A program made the translations under genes and the position numbers. The notes under the pieces were generated by a model that did no database searches, was not told the DNA's origin, and saw nothing but the letters and a program-made list of their open reading frames with translations. Positions 47,283 to 56,349 of a stretch of DNA of 64,000 nt are shown one piece after another. The first letter of the stretch is position 1, and every line of letters starts with the position of its first letter. Source of the DNA: Escherichia coli (GTDB taxonomy: Bacteria > Pseudomonadota > Gammaproteobacteria > Enterobacterales > Enterobacteriaceae); NCBI RefSeq assembly GCF_024298765.1, contig NZ_CP101210.1; one strand, 5' to 3'.

Positions 47283-47621
47283 ATGACAGAGCAGTGACGG
47301 CACAGGTGAGACGTGGTGGATTGAATTTGATCCTGCTGTTGACAGTGAAATCCGCAAGACATGTCCGGCAGTGATCGTGAGCAATGACGCAGCAAACAGG
47401 AACCTCGCTCGAGTAGTCGTCGTTCCTCTGACCAGTAACACAGAGCGAGTGTATCCAAGTGAGGCTGTTGTGACCGTAGGTGTCAGAGCAGCAAAGCGAT
47501 TGTAGAGCAGATTATGGCGGCGGATAAGTCCTGTCTCAAAACACATATTGGCTCGTTGTCCAAAGCAGATATGTTGTCTGTTGAGGACGCAATCAAGATC
47601 CATCTTGGTTTACTGCGGTAA
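47283..47621 (+). pseudogene. PemK/MazF-family toxin gene relic (frameshifted, no antitoxin gene)
   Basis: Translations in two frames: ...WIEFDPAVDSEIRKTCPAVIVSNDAANRNLARVVVVPLTSNTERVYPSEAVVTV... then ...IGSLSKADMLSVEDAIKIHLGLLR*; the 5' ATG is out of frame. Confidence 0.4.
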
Positions 47622-48189
47622 CGCCATGTGAATCTGTCGGCTACCGCCATTAGTGACGGAATTTTCTGTGGGGCAGCGTACCAATGGCATTCGGTTAAGT
47701 TCTTGCTGGAGCATCAAAAGAGTTCCAGCGCGTTCTGGGCCGTACATATTTTCGTGGGTAACACCTCCCTGGCCTTACTCGCTGAGTCATACAACTGCGA
47801 TCGATTCAGATGCCATTTTGCAATCAGCCTCTCAGAAAGAGCGCAACAGAATGATTTTAAATGTTTTCCTGTTACCCGAATCAGTAAAGACAAGTACCTC
47901 ACTACGAGAAACAAGCAGTTTTTGAAATTAAAATTTTGTTTATTTCTACTACTACCGATGAAAACGTTATTATCTTAATAATTAATGTCATTTCAGGATA
48001 TCCATGTAAGGTTAAGTAATAATATATGAGCCTGTATTTTTATTTTACATCTTTCTCACTCTGTGAATGAAAATCTTCAATAGAAAATTTGATTTGAATA
48101 ATTTATATAACTCTTCTATATTACATCAATGCCGATAGAAATCGTAAAAAGCTTCGTTTTCATAAAAATCTCTTTCAATAATATTTGTA

Positions 48190-49340
48190 GCTGGACCAGC
48201 CCCTTGAAACGCCAGATAGTGGATGTATCTTAAAATAAGAGACAGGCTTGGATATATGTCTGACACTGGTTCTAATTTTGAGATGACTGGAACTTTGCCG
48301 GGGCTGGAGCTTCGTAAACGTAAAACTCCTCAGGAAAAAATTGGCATTATTCAGCAGACAATGGAGCCTGGCATGGCGGTGTCACATGTGGCGCGTTTGC
48401 GTTGTATTCAGCCCTGCCTGTTGTTTAAGTGGAAAAACAATCTCTGGAAGGAAGTCTCACTGCTGTTGCTTCAGGAGAGGGTGTCGTTCCTGCCTCAGAA
48501 CTGCCTGCCGCTATAAAACAAATAAAAGAGTTACAGCTCTTGCTGGGTAAAAAACCATGGAAGTTTAGATCCTCAAAGAAGTGGTGGAGTATGCGCAATC
48601 GCGAAAATGGATAGCGCATGTGCCCTTGTTACCTTCGGACAAGGAATAGCCCCGGTAAGCCGTGTTCTGGGCGATACTCAGGCGGCAGTCCCTAAATGAA
48701 GGACTACCGTTAGTGAATGCAAAGCGCGTTTACCGGATAATGAGCGAAAATATCCTGTTGTTACATGACAAACCATCACGACTGCAGCGGGAACATAAAG
48801 GCCGAATATCGGTAAGGAAAGCGACCAGCGTTGATGTTCTGATGGCTTTGAGTTCGGTTGCGATGATGGCGAAAAAGTCCGGGTTACGTTCGCCCTGGAC
48901 TGTTGCGATCGTGAAGCTATCGACTGGGCATCCAATACGGGAGGTTACAATAAAGCGACAGTGCAGGATGTGATGTTAGGAGCGATAGAAAAACTCTTTG
49001 GCGATAAAGTACCGGAACAGTCCATCCGGTGGTTGACAGATAACGGTTCAGCGTATAGAGCGCATGAAACACGGCAGTTCGCCAGAGAGTTGGATCTGGA
49101 GCCCTGCACAACGGCAATCAGCAGCTCTCAGAGTAATGGAATGGCAGAAAGGTTAGTGAAAACGATGAAGGAAGACTACATTGCGTTCATACCGAAACCG
49201 AATGTAATAACGGCATTGCATAACCTTGCATAGGCGTTCGAGAATTACAATGAGAACCACCCGCATAGTGCGTTAGGTTATCTCTCACCACGGGAATATC
49301 GATGTCAGCGGATAACGTCACCTTAGATGTAGCAGTTGCC
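48190..49340 (+). mobile_element. Degenerate IS2-group (IS3 family) element; orfA and orfB broken into at least four frames
   Basis: Fragments RKRKTPQEKIGIIQQTMEPGMAVSHVAR..., [77 protein letters not shown]...[32 protein letters not shown] parallel IS2 InsC/InsD at ~60 percent identity. Confidence 0.6.
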
Positions 49341-49448
49341 AAACAGTGACTCAAGGGCAGGCTTACCGCATACGCTGACACTTAGCTGATCGACAGAATA
49401 TTATTAACAGTTCATCACTGAACGCTACATAATCAGAGTTGCATAAAT

Positions 49449-49471
49449 AAAATGTTATGTTATAACATTTT
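49449..49471. promoter_or_regulatory. Near-consensus Zur box overlapping the promoter of the TonB-dependent receptor gene
   Basis: AAAATGTTATG-T-TATAACATTTT: 11-bp arms, 10 of 11 positions palindromic; matches the gammaproteobacterial Zur consensus GAAATGTTATANTATAACATTTC at ~21 of 23 positions; 22 bp upstream of ATG 49493. Confidence 0.6.
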
Positions 49472-49492
49472 AATACCAACATATGTTTTCGA

Positions 49493-51463
49493 ATGTATAT
49501 GAATGTAATCAGAACTGTCATTTGTACATTAATTATAGTCCCGGTGGGACTACAGGCAGCGACCAGTCATTCTTCTATGGCTAAAGATACAATCACCATT
49601 GTCGCGACAGGAAATCAGAACACGGTATTTGAAACGCCGTCGATGGTCAGTGTCGTCACGAATGACACACCGTGGAGTCAGAATGCGGTTACATCGGCCG
49701 GCATGCTGAAAGGTGTTGCCGGTCTCAGCCAGACTGGTGCAGGACGGACCAATGGGCAGACCTTTAATCTACGCGGCTATGACAAAAGCGGGGTACTTGT
49801 TCTTGTTGACGGCGTCCGCCAACTCAGTGACATGGCAAAAAGCAGTGGCACTTATCTGGATCCGGCTCTTGTCAAACGTATCGAAGTTGTCCGCGGGCCA
49901 AACTCCAGTCTGTACGGCAGTGGCGGGCTGGGAGGTGTAGTGGACTTCAGAACTGCCGATGCAGCAGATTTCCTTCCCCCCGGAGAGACAAACGGTTTAA
50001 GTCTGTGGGGAAATATTGCCAGTGGTGACCACAGCACAGGCTCGGGGCTCACCTGGTTCGGTAAAACCGGAAAAACAGATGCGCTCCTTTCTGTCATTAT
50101 GCGTAAAAGAGGTAATATCTATCAAAGTGATGGTGAGCGCGCACCTAACAAGGAAAAACCTGCAGCCCTGTTTGCGAAAGGCTCTGTCGGTATAACAGAC
50201 AGTAACAAAGCAGGTGCCAGCTTGCGTCTCTACCGGAATAACACCACTGAACCGGGCAATCCCACTCAGACACATGGTGACAGCGGCCTGCGTGACAGAA
50301 AAACAGTACAAAATGACGTACAGTTCTGGTACCAGTACGCTCCTGTGGATAACAGCCTCATCAATGTAAAGTCAACGTTATATCTCAGTGATATCACTAT
50401 CAAGACAAACGGTCACAACAAAACGGCAGAATGGAGAAACAACAGAACCTCCGGTGTTAATGTTGTCAACAGGAGTCATACTCTGATTTTTCCGGGAGCC
50501 CATCAGTTAAGTTATGGCGCTGAATATTACCGTCAGCAGCAGAAGCCAGAAGGCTCTGCCACACTATATCCGGAAGGAAATATTGACTTTACATCGTTGT
50601 ATTTCCAGGATGAAATGACAATGAAAAGCTACCCTGTTAACATTATCGTCGGTTCCCGCTATGACCGGTACAAGAGCTTCAATCCCCGTGCCGGAGAACT
50701 GAAAGCCGAACGCCTGTCCCCAAGGGCGGCGATTTCAGTCTCACCGACAGACTGGCTGATGATGTACGGCTCCATATCCTCTGCATTCCGAGCGCCCACA
50801 ATGGCAGAAATGTACAGGGATGATGTACATTTTTACCGCAAGGGTAAACCCAATTACTGGGTTCCTAACCTTAATCTGAAACCAGAAAATAACATCACCC
50901 GTGAGATTGGCGCAGGTATTCAACTGGATGGCCTGCTTACAGACAATGACCGGCTGCAGTTAAAAGGCGGATATTTCGGAACGGATGCCAGAAACTATAT
51001 TGCCACACGCGTGGATATGAAACGGATGCGTTCTTATTCTTATAATGTATCCCGGGCCCGTATCTGGGGATGGGATATGCAGGGAAATTACCAGTCTGAT
51101 TATGTTGACTGGGTGCTTTCTTATAACCGGACGGAAAGTATGGATGCCAGCAGCAGGGAATGGCTGGGCTCCGGCAATCCTGACACACTTATCAGTGACA
51201 TCAGCATACCTGTTGGTCATAGAGGCGTTTATGCCGGATGGCGTGCTGAACTTTCAGCATCAGCCACGCATGTGAAAAAAGGCGACTCCTATCAGGCTGG
51301 CTATGCCATACATTCCTTTTCACTGTCTTATAAGCCTGTAAGTGTTAAAGGCTTTGAGGCGTCAGTAACTCTGGATAATGCCTTCAACAAGCTTGCCATG
51401 AATGGCAAAGGTGTGCCGCTTTCAGGCCGAACTGTCAGTCTTTATACCCGTTATCAGTGGTAA
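49493..51463 (+). CDS. TonB-dependent outer-membrane receptor, heme-receptor-like (ChuA/ShuA/ZnuD relatives)
   Basis: 656 aa, signal peptide, plug motifs (VLVLVDGVRQ, RIEVVRGPNSSLYGSGGLGGVV), barrel ending ...YTRYQW; ~50 percent identical to ChuA by eye in conserved blocks. Confidence 0.85.
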   Translation: MYMNVIRTVICTLIIVPVGLQAATSHSSMAKDTITIVATGNQNTVFETPSMVSVVTNDTPWSQNAVTSAGMLKGVAGLSQTGAGRTNGQTFNLRGYDKSGVLVLVDGVRQLSDMAKSSGTYLDPALVKRIEVVRGPNSSLYGSGGLGGVVDFRTADAADFLPPGETNGLSLWGNIASGDHSTGSGLTWFGKTGKTDALLSVIMRKRGNIYQSDGERAPNKEKPAALFAKGSVGITDSNKAGASLRLYRNNTTEPGNPTQTHGDSGLRDRKTVQNDVQFWYQYAPVDNSLINVKSTLYLSDITIKTNGHNKTAEWRNNRTSGVNVVNRSHTLIFPGAHQLSYGAEYYRQQQKPEGSATLYPEGNIDFTSLYFQDEMTMKSYPVNIIVGSRYDRYKSFNPRAGELKAERLSPRAAISVSPTDWLMMYGSISSAFRAPTMAEMYRDDVHFYRKGKPNYWVPNLNLKPENNITREIGAGIQLDGLLTDNDRLQLKGGYFGTDARNYIATRVDMKRMRSYSYNVSRARIWGWDMQGNYQSDYVDWVLSYNRTESMDASSREWLGSGNPDTLISDISIPVGHRGVYAGWRAELSASATHVKKGDSYQAGYAIHSFSLSYKPVSVKGFEASVTLDNAFNKLAMNGKGVPLSGRTVSLYTRYQW

Positions 51464-51481
51464 CCTCTCAGGAAATAAATC

Positions 51482-52273
51482 ATGATGAAAAATACAGGCT
51501 ATATCTTAGCTCTTTGTCTGACAGCATCGGGGCATGTCCTGGCCCATGATGTCTGGATTACCGGCAAACAGGCAGAGAACAACGTTATCGCAGAGATTGG
51601 TTATGGTCATAATTTCCCCTCAAAGGGCACGATTCCTGACAGAAGGGATTTCTTTGAAACTCCCCGGCTTTATAACGGGAAAGAGACAATAACGCTGAAG
51701 CCAACATCCACGGATTATGTCTATAAAATTGAGTCTGCAGGCAACGGTAATAGCTACGTTCTGTCAACGAAAATGAAACCGGGATACTGGTCGAGAACCT
51801 CGTCAGGATGGAAGCCTGTCAGCCGGGAGGGCAGAAATGATGTGGCATACTGTGAGTTTGTGACTAAATATGCAAAATCTTTTATTCCTGGTGAACAGCA
51901 GATGCCAGCACAACTCTATCAGTATCCAATAGGGGATGAGCTTGAAATCATTCCGTTATCCGATATCAGTCGTTTCGGTGAAGATGTGAAGCTGAAAGTT
52001 CTGTATAAAACTTCCCCGCTTGCCGGAGCCACTCTGGAGCTTGACTCTGTCAGTTATCTGAAATCATCCCGCCATACTCATGCGGCAGAGCATAAACATT
52101 CGGCTCATAAAGCAGAACTTACCTTTGTAAGTAATGAGGACGGTATCATCACTGTACCCTCCCTTCATGTCGGGCAATGGCTAGCTAAAGTCAAAAATAA
52201 GAAAGTATTTCAGGACAAAAACCTGTGTGATGAAACTGTCGATGTGGCAACCTTAAGCTTCTCCCGAAATTAA
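51482..52273 (+). CDS. Secreted protein with His-rich segment, co-transcribed with the receptor (family unassigned, possibly DUF4198-like)
   Basis: Signal peptide MMKNTGYILALCLTASGHVLA; His cluster SSRHTHAAEHKHSAHK; 18-bp spacing after the receptor stop. Confidence 0.45.
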   Translation: MMKNTGYILALCLTASGHVLAHDVWITGKQAENNVIAEIGYGHNFPSKGTIPDRRDFFETPRLYNGKETITLKPTSTDYVYKIESAGNGNSYVLSTKMKPGYWSRTSSGWKPVSREGRNDVAYCEFVTKYAKSFIPGEQQMPAQLYQYPIGDELEIIPLSDISRFGEDVKLKVLYKTSPLAGATLELDSVSYLKSSRHTHAAEHKHSAHKAELTFVSNEDGIITVPSLHVGQWLAKVKNKKVFQDKNLCDETVDVATLSFSRN

Positions 52274-52283
52274 TAATACTATT

Positions 52284-52307
52284 CCTGCCCTGTAATTTAC
52301 GGGCAGG
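52284..52307 (+). terminator. Possible terminator hairpin after the receptor operon
   Basis: CCTGCCC-TGTAATTTAC-GGGCAGG. Confidence 0.3.
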
Positions 52308-52573
52308 GTATATCAACCGGAAATAGCCTACTGACATCCATGTATAAAGCCACATAATTATTTTGTTGATGTATCTTACCTAATACGTAAGCGTAAAGCC
52401 AATGCCGTCTGTAACTCCTGATCCTTGCAGACTAAATGTAAGCGCTCCTTCTGTGCCGTCTTGTGGTGGTTGTCCTGTCTGGCAACAATCGCGTCCATCT
52501 ATTGATGGACACGAATGATGAATTCTCAGACAACAAAAGATATGTAAGCGGCTCGTCAGAACCGTATTGATAT

Positions 52574-54145
52574 TTACTGAGAGCTCAGATCAACTTTCCA
52601 GGGCAACAGATCGCGTACCCGGTTTGCCGGCCAGTCCTGGATATGTTCAATGACGTAACGCAGCCACTTTTCTGGCTCCACATTGTTCAGACGGCATGTG
52701 CCGATCAGCGAGTACAACACCGCCGCATGTTCACCACCGCTGTCGGAACCCGCGAACATCCAGTTTTTCCGGCCTACGGCCACTCCCCGTAAGGCGTTCT
52801 CTGCGATGTTGTTGTCGATTTCCACCCAGCCATTACTGCAGTACACGTTCAGTGCATCCCACTGTTTCAGCAGGTATGCGAACGCTTTTGCCGTATCTGA
52901 GTGACGCGACAGTGTTTTCATCTGTTGCTGTATCCAGTCATACAGTGACTGCATCAGTGGCGCGGCTCTGGCTTTTCTTGCCGCCAGACGCTGTTCTGCT
53001 GAACAGCCCCGGACCTCTGCCTCGATGGCATACAGTTCACCGATACGCTGCAGGGCTTCCGTGGTGATGTCGGTGGGCGCTCTTGCATGCACATCGTGGA
53101 TTTTTCTCCGGGCATGAGCCATACACGCGGCTTCCGTTATTCTGCCGGATTCGTATAACACCCGGTAACCACCGTAAGCATCGGCCTGAAGCACACCGCT
53201 GTAACCGGCCAGGTGATTTTGTGGATGGATACCTTTCCGGTCCGGACTGTACGCGAACCAGACCGCCGGGGGCATCTGTGAACCGGCGTTGCGATCATCA
53301 CGGACGTAGACCCACAGCCGGGCTGTCCGGGTTTTACCGCTGCCCGGCTCCTGGACCGGGACGGGGATATCATCGGCATGGACTTTACCGGGCATCAGCA
53401 CATACTGGCGCAGGACGTCATACAGCGGCTCCAGCAGTTCAGCAACAGCACCTGTCCAGCGCCCCAGTGTGGCACGGCTCAGCTCCACGCCCTGGCGACG
53501 GTATATTTCTGACTGGCGGTATAACGGCAGATGGTCTGCATATTTCCCGGTGACAACATGGGCCAGAAGCCCCGCTCCGGCATAACTGCGTGCAATGGGT
53601 TTTGAAGGCACCGGTGCCTGCACGATATGGTCGCACCGGCAACAGGCCTGTTTCGGACGTTGTGTTTCGATAACCTTAAAGGCACTGCTGATAAGCTCCA
53701 GTTGCTCTGACACATCACATCCCAGTGGACTGAGTTCACCACCACAGGCCGGACAGCATTCCTCTTCCGGCCGGATGACCCGGGGTTCACGGGGAAGTGA
53801 AGCCGGTAACGGTTTACGGGCTGAAGACTGGCGCAGGGGGGATGGCAGTACCGGGTCATATTGCTCACCCAGCGTTTCTGCCATTTCTTCCTGAAGTGCG
53901 CTGATTCGCTCCTGTGCTTCCTGTATCTGCCGTTCGGTTTTTGCGCGAAGTTTTTCTGAGCTTTTACCGAACTGCATACGCTGCAGTTTCGCAACCAGCG
54001 CCTTCAGCCGGTTGATTTCGGAAGCATAAGCCGCCACCCGCTGTGAGAGCAGGCGGTTGTATTCGGCCATCTGGCGGATGGTGTCCTGTTGCGTCTGCAA
54101 CAGTGCCTGCAGGCGGGCATTCTCATGAGCAAGTGAGGTGTCCAT
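52574..54145 (-). CDS. IS66-family transposase TnpC
   Basis: 523 aa with N-terminal coiled coil, CCPACGGEL zinc motif and DDE-type core. Confidence 0.85.
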   Translation of the reverse strand: MDTSLAHENARLQALLQTQQDTIRQMAEYNRLLSQRVAAYASEINRLKALVAKLQRMQFGKSSEKLRAKTERQIQEAQERISALQEEMAETLGEQYDPVLPSPLRQSSARKPLPASLPREPRVIRPEEECCPACGGELSPLGCDVSEQLELISSAFKVIETQRPKQACCRCDHIVQAPVPSKPIARSYAGAGLLAHVVTGKYADHLPLYRQSEIYRRQGVELSRATLGRWTGAVAELLEPLYDVLRQYVLMPGKVHADDIPVPVQEPGSGKTRTARLWVYVRDDRNAGSQMPPAVWFAYSPDRKGIHPQNHLAGYSGVLQADAYGGYRVLYESGRITEAACMAHARRKIHDVHARAPTDITTEALQRIGELYAIEAEVRGCSAEQRLAARKARAAPLMQSLYDWIQQQMKTLSRHSDTAKAFAYLLKQWDALNVYCSNGWVEIDNNIAENALRGVAVGRKNWMFAGSDSGGEHAAVLYSLIGTCRLNNVEPEKWLRYVIEHIQDWPANRVRDLLPWKVDLSSQ

Positions 54146-54164
54146 ATCCTCACTTTACAACGGG

Positions 54165-54512
54165 TTATATACGGATTCCAGCGCGTTCCGTTCGTTTCGG
54201 GTGCTTCCAGTCGATGCCCTCGAGAAGCATGGATAACTGAGCCGGAGTAAGGTGCACCTTGCCGTCACGGGTGACTGGCCAGACGAAGCGGCCCCGCTCC
54301 AGGCGTTTGGTGAAGAGGCACAGTCCGTCACTGTCAGCCCACAACACTTTTATCTGGTCACCCCGGCGTCCGCGGAAGATGAACAGGTGTCCGGAGAACG
54401 GGTCATCCTTCAGGACGTTCTGAACTTTTGAGGCCAGGCCGTTAAAGCCATTTCGCATATCGGTGATACCTGCAACCAGCCAGATACGCGAACCTGCAGG
54501 GAGAGATATCAT
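54165..54512 (-). CDS. IS66-family TnpB (orf2)
   Basis: 115 aa, conserved IS66 orf2 (MISLPAGSRIWLVAGITDMRNGFNGLA...). Confidence 0.85.
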   Translation of the reverse strand: MISLPAGSRIWLVAGITDMRNGFNGLASKVQNVLKDDPFSGHLFIFRGRRGDQIKVLWADSDGLCLFTKRLERGRFVWPVTRDGKVHLTPAQLSMLLEGIDWKHPKRTERAGIRI

Positions 54513-55189
54513 CAGTGGCTGCTCCCTTTTATTTCGCGGATAAGTGTCTGTAATAACGCCGGCGTCAGTTTACCTTTAAGCCTGAGAGTTCCGGCCGGCA
54601 GAACCAGCTCACAACACAGACTGTCGGACGGTGTATTTATCTGCTCTGGTTCCTGTGCGGGGGCCGGGATTTTATTATCCGGCTCCGGCGTTAACGTCAC
54701 GGGAAGCAGTGCCGGCATATTTTTTCCGGAAGGCAGCAGGCCACCTTTCCGGTATTGATGGCGCCAGTTGAAGAGCAGGTTATCGTTGATTCCGTTTTCC
54801 CGGGCGATCTGCGCCACACAGGCTCCGGGCTGCAGTGACTGCTCCACTAAGGCGATTTTAAACTCATAAGGGAAGTTGGGCCGCCGGGGACGTTTTTTTA
54901 CCACGGGGGCTTCGGATATAACGGTGCTTTCAGGACGTACGACTGGTACCGTGGAAAATTGTCCGTAAAGGCAGGCATCAAGTTCCTGCTCCGACATGCC
55001 TGCGGGCAAAGGCCACGAAAGGCCAGCTCTCCGAAAGCGCACGAACATACTACAAACTGTTGATTTTGATACACCCAGGCGACGCCCGGCCACAACCCGG
55101 GGTAAATGTTCTTCAAAGTGAAGACGTAAAGCTTCAGTGATCCAGGTCCGGTGTTTCATACGATAGTGTCCATTAAAAATGATGGACAT
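54512..55189 (-). CDS. IS66-family TnpA-like (orf1) with long N-terminal HTH extension
   Basis: 225 aa; C-terminal half identical to 19866..20516. Confidence 0.6.
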   Translation of the reverse strand: MSIIFNGHYRMKHRTWITEALRLHFEEHLPRVVAGRRLGVSKSTVCSMFVRFRRAGLSWPLPAGMSEQELDACLYGQFSTVPVVRPESTVISEAPVVKKRPRRPNFPYEFKIALVEQSLQPGACVAQIARENGINDNLLFNWRHQYRKGGLLPSGKNMPALLPVTLTPEPDNKIPAPAQEPEQINTPSDSLCCELVLPAGTLRLKGKLTPALLQTLIREIKGSSH

Positions 55190-55394
55190 TATTTTTGTAG
55201 AGCCGGAGGAAACAGACCAGACGGTTTAAATGAGCCGGTTACAAAGATATCACCGGCTTTCGCTCTTATTTTCCAGATGTATTGCGACTAATATTCGAAG
55301 AGCAATTATCTGTTCGGGCTATCGCACTGGAGCAGTTAGGCCTCAGTCATTCCACCGTTCATAATATCTTTCAACGGTTTAATGCCTCTGGCAT

Positions 55395-56349
55395 GTAAGC
55401 GTAAACCGACCGTTGTATTGACGCTTATTTATAGGGGAGAACTACGTTCCATGGCAGGAGTTCGTCAGTAAGCGTACAGCCTGAACCGTCTGGTCAGAAT
55501 CTGACGCATTAGACAAAGTGGTGTCCACAAAATAAGTAGTGGGAACCAAAGTGTCAGATATGCAGAAAAATGTGACTCCCGGCAGGCGAAAAGGCTGCCC
55601 TAATTATCCTCCCGAATTTAAACAGCTGCTCGTTGCTGCCTCCTGTGAACCCGGGATATCCATCTCAAAACTTGCTCTTGAAAATGGCATTAACGCCAAT
55701 CTGTTGTTCAAATGGCGACAACAATGGCGCGAGGGAAAGCTGCTATTACCTTCTTCAGAGAGCCCCCAGCTACTTCCTGTGACTCTCGATGCAGCTGCCG
55801 AACAGCCAGAATCGCTCGCAGAGGACCCGGAAACCCTCAGTATCAGCTGTGAGGTAACGTTCCGGCACGGGACGCTCCGCTTCAATGGCAATGTCAGCGA
55901 AAAACTCCTGACTCTGCTGATACAGGAACTGAAACGATGATCCCGTTACCTTCCGGGACCAAAATTTGGCTGGTTGCCGGTATCACCGATATGAGAAATG
56001 GCTTCAACGGCCTGGCTGCGAAAGTACAGACGGCGCTGAAAGACGATCCCATATCCGGCCATGTTTTCATTTTCCGGGGCCGCAGCGGCAGTCAGGTTAA
56101 ACTGCTGTGGTCCACCGGTGACGGGCTGTGCCTCCTGACCAAGCGGCTGGAGCGTGGGCGCTTCGCCTGGCCGTCAGCCCGTGATGGCAAAGTGTTCCTT
56201 ACGCAGGCGCAGCTGGCGATGCTGCTGGAAGGTATCGACTGGCGACAGCCTAAGCGGCTGCTGACCTCCCTGACCATGCTGTAAATCTCTTTATCCTGGT
56301 TGTCACAGAATAAGCCCGGTAAAATACGGGCTTATGAACGACATCTCTT
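55395..56349 (+). mobile_element. Second IS66-family element type, partial: left end plus tnpA (55539..55940) and tnpB (55937..56284); tnpC absent
   Basis: Begins GTAAGCGTAAACCGACCGTTGTATTGACGCTTATTTATAGG...; orf1/orf2 homologous to 58350..58775 / 58003..58353. Confidence 0.6.

Larger units (their letters stand above)
52544..55242 (-). mobile_element. IS66-family element copy 2, complete (~2.7 kb) with 8-bp target-site duplication AAAGATAT
   Basis: Ends GTAAGCGGCTCGTCAGAACCGTA (52544-) and reverse-strand GTAACCGGCTCATTTAAACCGTC (-55242); AAAGATAT at 52536-52543 and 55243-55250; three ORFs tnpA/tnpB/tnpC. Confidence 0.85.

Noticed and set aside
49449-49471. Fur box upstream of the TonB-dependent receptor (first assumption for an iron/heme receptor)
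   Set aside because: The palindrome is built on TGTTAT/ATAACA half-sites with an AAAT/ATTT border, matching the Zur consensus; it lacks the GATAAT hexamer pattern of Fur boxes.
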